Below are positions 60,540-64,000 of a DNA stretch of 64,000 bases, one piece after another; position 1 is the first letter of the stretch, and every line of letters begins with the position of its first letter. The notes under the pieces are model-generated. The model was not told the DNA's origin, searched no databases, and saw only the letters and a list, made by a program, of their open reading frames with translations. The DNA comes from Octopus sinensis. Lineage: Eukaryota. Location of the stretch: the NCBI RefSeq assembly GCF_006345805.1, contig NC_043017.1, positions 21,204,001 to 21,268,000 on the forward strand, in the 5' to 3' direction. The translations under genes and the position numbers were made by a program.

Positions 60540-60618
60540 TTTATATGCATTTATATATGTATATATATATATATATGCATGTATATATATATTATATATA
60601 TATATATATATATAATAT

Positions 60619-60649
<31 letters not shown>

Positions 60650-61239
60650 ATATATATGTATGTATGTATGTATATATATATGTATGTATGTATATATATA
60701 TAAATATATATGTGTGTGTATATATATATATATATATGTGTGTGTGTATATATTTATATATATATATGTCTGTCCATTCATTTGCTTGTCTCTCTTCATT
60801 CGCAATGTTTTAAACACTACGTGAGCCATCACATTATTCATCATTCACCACCCATCATTCACTATCCATCACTCATCTCTCATCATGCACCCATGTAACC
60901 CTAATTAATATAGACATGAGTGCTGTATTCATTAGTTTCTCTGATTTATGTATCCACTTAATCACACACCATACATTTTATAATAATATTCAGCTCTTCG
61001 TTAGTTTTGAAAAAATATTTTTTCACATCCAATATAGAAACTTAGCTCATATAAGTAAATCTCAATTTGCTAATCACCATTTCTACTTAATTTTTTAAAA
61101 TTCTTAATTACTATCTAACACCTCAATCATGGTAAATTTTCTTTTTCCTTATATCTTTCATACGTTTTGTACTTAATGACACATCTGTTGGTTAGATTTG
61201 GCAAATTAGGCATAATTGCAAATATCATTTTATACTTTC

Positions 61240-61274
<35 letters not shown>

Positions 61275-61800
61275 TATATATATATACACACAAAAATATA
61301 GAAACCAAACACATAAATACTGATCACGTATTAACTTCTTAATTAACTAATAAGAACTTTTAAACACGCACTTATGTACACACACACACACACATATATA
61401 TATATACATACACATGCATACACACACACACACACACACATATATATGTATATATACACACACATATACATATATGCATATATATATATATATGTATTAT
61501 ATGCATACATTTATGTATTCATATATACATACACACATATATATAAATACATATTGACATATATAGATATATACATAGATACATATATATACATGTATAC
61601 ATATATACATATATACATATATGCATATATATATATATATACCTACATATATATATATATATACATATATATACCTATATGTCTATATATATATATATAT
61701 ATATATACACCTATATATACATATCTATCTATCTATATATATATATATATACACACACACACATGTATACATACAAACATACATACATACATACACGCAT
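60540..61800. repeat. (TA)n/(TATG)n/(CA)n blocks with unique gaps
   Basis: Seen directly. Confidence 0.8.
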
Positions 61801-61802
61801 GC

Positions 61803-62010
61803 ATCATCATGATCAACATCATTTTAATGTCCACTTGTCCATGCTTGTATGGGGTGGACAGAATACATGGAAGTGTATTTTCTACAAGAGGATGCTCTTC
61901 CTCTCACCAGCCCTTTCCTGTTTCCAAGCAATGTAATATTTACCCACAGCTGGACAATGTTCCACAGAATATCCGAAATGAATGACACTGCTTGTATGAC
62001 AGTGGCACTT
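61803..62010 (-). mobile_element. Family C2
   Basis: (CAT)n + 'cattttaatgtccacttgtccatgcttgtatgg'. Confidence 0.65.
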
Positions 62011-62016
62011 GTTTAC

Positions 62017-62640
62017 TGGCACTTCAGTGGATCTGATCAACTGAACAGCCTGCTCATGAAATTAATGTGCAAGTGGCTGAGTACTCCACAGACATGTGTT
62101 ATTTATTTATTTATGCGCCCTTTTCAAGCCTAGCCAGACTCATGCGCCCGGTTTCCCAGTTTCTGTGGCGTATGTGTTCCCCCCAGCTGGACGGGATGCC
62201 AGTACATCGCAGTGTTACTCAAGAAACAGGAAGAAAGATTGAGAGAAAGTTGGGGAGAAAGAGTACAACAGGGGTCGCCACCACCCCTTGCTGGAACCTA
62301 GTAGAGCTAGCTTTAGGTGTTTTCGCTCAATAAACACACATAATGCCCGGTCTGGGAATTGAAACCGCGATCCTCCGACCGCGAGTGCGCTGCCCTAACC
62401 ACTGGGCCATTGCACCTCCACACAGACATGTGAACCCTTAACATAGTTCTCAGGGAGATTCAGTGTGACACAGAATGTGACAAGGCTGGCCCCCTTTGAA
62501 TTACAGGTACAACACATTTCTGACAGCTGAGTAAACTGGAGCAATGTAAAATAAAGAGTCTTGCTTAAGAACACAATACTCCAATGGAAACTGAAATGAT
62601 GATTTTTACAATTGTAAGCCAAATACCAAAACCACTAAGA
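62017..62640 (-). mobile_element. E head + tail X SINE (host), interrupted at 62099-62420
   Basis: Tail X on both sides of the insert; E head with CORE-like 'gtgttcttaagcaagactc'. Confidence 0.82.
62099..62420 (-). mobile_element. Chimeric SINE (D head + tail Y, (TAAA)n end) with 12-bp TSD
   Basis: TSD CACAGACATGTG at 62087-62098 and 62421-62432. Confidence 0.93.
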
Positions 62641-62659
62641 GACATACACATGCACACAA

Positions 62660-63025
62660 ATATGTGGTTACTTCCCAACTACATGGTTCTGGGTTCAGTC
62701 CCACTGCATGGCACCCTGGGCAAGTGTCTTCTACTTTAGCCTTGGGCCAACCAAAGCCTTGTGAGTGGATTTGATAGAGAGAAACTGAAAGAAGCCCGTC
62801 GTATATATTTATAAGTATTTGTGTGTCTGTGTTTGTCCGCCCCTCCATCGCTTGACAAACAGATGTTGGTGTGCTTAGGTTCCCACAACTTAGTGGTTAG
62901 ACAAAAAAGACTGATAGAATAAGTACTATGCTTACAAAGAAGTAAGTCCTGGGGTTGATTTGTTTGACTAGAGGTGGTGCTCCAGCATGACCACAGTCAA
63001 AATGATTGAAACAAGTAAAAGAATA
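62660..63025 (+). mobile_element. SINE family A
   Basis: Colinear with A. Confidence 0.85.
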
Positions 63026-63050
63026 TGTAGGGCGATGATAATACACACAT

Positions 63051-63209
63051 ACTTTTTTCAGTTTCTGGCAGGCAAATTTTCGCTCATAGTGCTTTTGTTG
63101 ACCCAGCTCTATATTGAAAGACACTTGTCCAAGGTGCCATGTAGTGGAACTGAACCTGAAATCACATGCTCGGGAAGCAAATTTCTTAACCACACAGCCA
63201 TGCCTGTTC
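63051..63209 (-). mobile_element. SINE family A, 5' half, diverged
   Basis: Reverse complement of the A head. Confidence 0.7.
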
Positions 63210-63931
63210 CTAATCACACCTTAGAATCCAAAGGGACACAACTAATCACCACAAAGCAGCACTAATTAGATAATTAACAAACGTGCGACAAATGAAAAAT
63301 ATTCTCTTAAAATTGAGCCAGAAAATGCATTGTGATTCTCAGAAACTCTCAAAGGATTATATCCTTCCTTTTATCGAATTTTTATTCTGTATTATTTGGG
63401 GGACAGGTCAGTGTTCTTAGATATTCAGTATTCAATATAAAACTGATTAACATACTGTGATGAGATGAGTTCAAGCAATCAAATATAAATATGTAACTGT
63501 ATATGTATATATATATGTCCATGAATGTGGGTGTGTATATAGACATAGAAATATATAAGTGCACACACACACACATATATATAAGTGTGTATGTGTCCAT
63601 ATAGAGAGATATATAAGATGTGTATGTGTGTCTTTCTGTATGTAAGTATGTATAGGCGATATCTACAAATATTTATTGGGGTAGACAATCTGATTGTTTA
63701 TCAGATATCAAACAGCTGAAAGCAATATCAACAAAGACTTTGTAGTTTGCAAGAGTATATATGTGTGTGTGTGAGTCCTTGCGCAATGCACACACGTCAT
63801 TTCCCTACATATAGATACATACACACATACTGCCTCCTTACATACACACACACCCTGATGTGTATAAATTTTCTCAGTAATCTATATTTTTGCTTCAGTA
63901 AAGCAGTCTATCAATAATCGAACAGTAAGGA

Positions 63932-63964
<33 letters not shown>

Positions 63965-64000
63965 TGAGTGAGAGAGCAGTTCATGCCATCAAAGTGACAC

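Overview
AT-rich, repeat-saturated animal genomic DNA, very likely octopus (coleoid cephalopod), judged from the SINE families and microsatellite density. There are no prokaryotic genes, operons, CRISPR arrays, rRNA or convincing tRNA genes. Almost all ORF-track entries are translations of (CA)n, (TA)n, (CAT)n, (ATT)n or (GGT)n microsatellites. The only recognisable protein-coding remnants belong to transposable elements: a Tc1-like 5' end, a mariner derivative with ~190-bp TIRs, four RTE-clade fragments (one BovB-like, with an uninterrupted 135-codon C-terminus) and two R4/Dong-like restriction-like-endonuclease 3' fragments sitting in TAA microsatellites. Dozens of tRNA-derived SINEs (working labels A, B, D, E) and an RTE-associated, GAT-tailed family (C) are present. 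Three SINE insertions show 11-12 bp target-site duplications, and heads and tails are visibly shuffled between families. The most notable signals are: (1) at least three unrelated short elements carrying minimal type-I hammerhead-ribozyme-like motifs (Penelope-like/retrozyme type), one family with a consistent A6-to-U core change; (2) a minus-strand AG|GTAAGT site with the architecture of a recursive splice site; (3) small plus-strand candidate exons of an unidentified gene (best: 24516-24558 and 40156-40218). No host protein could be identified. Repeat boundaries were read by eye and are approximate unless a TSD or TIR is quoted.
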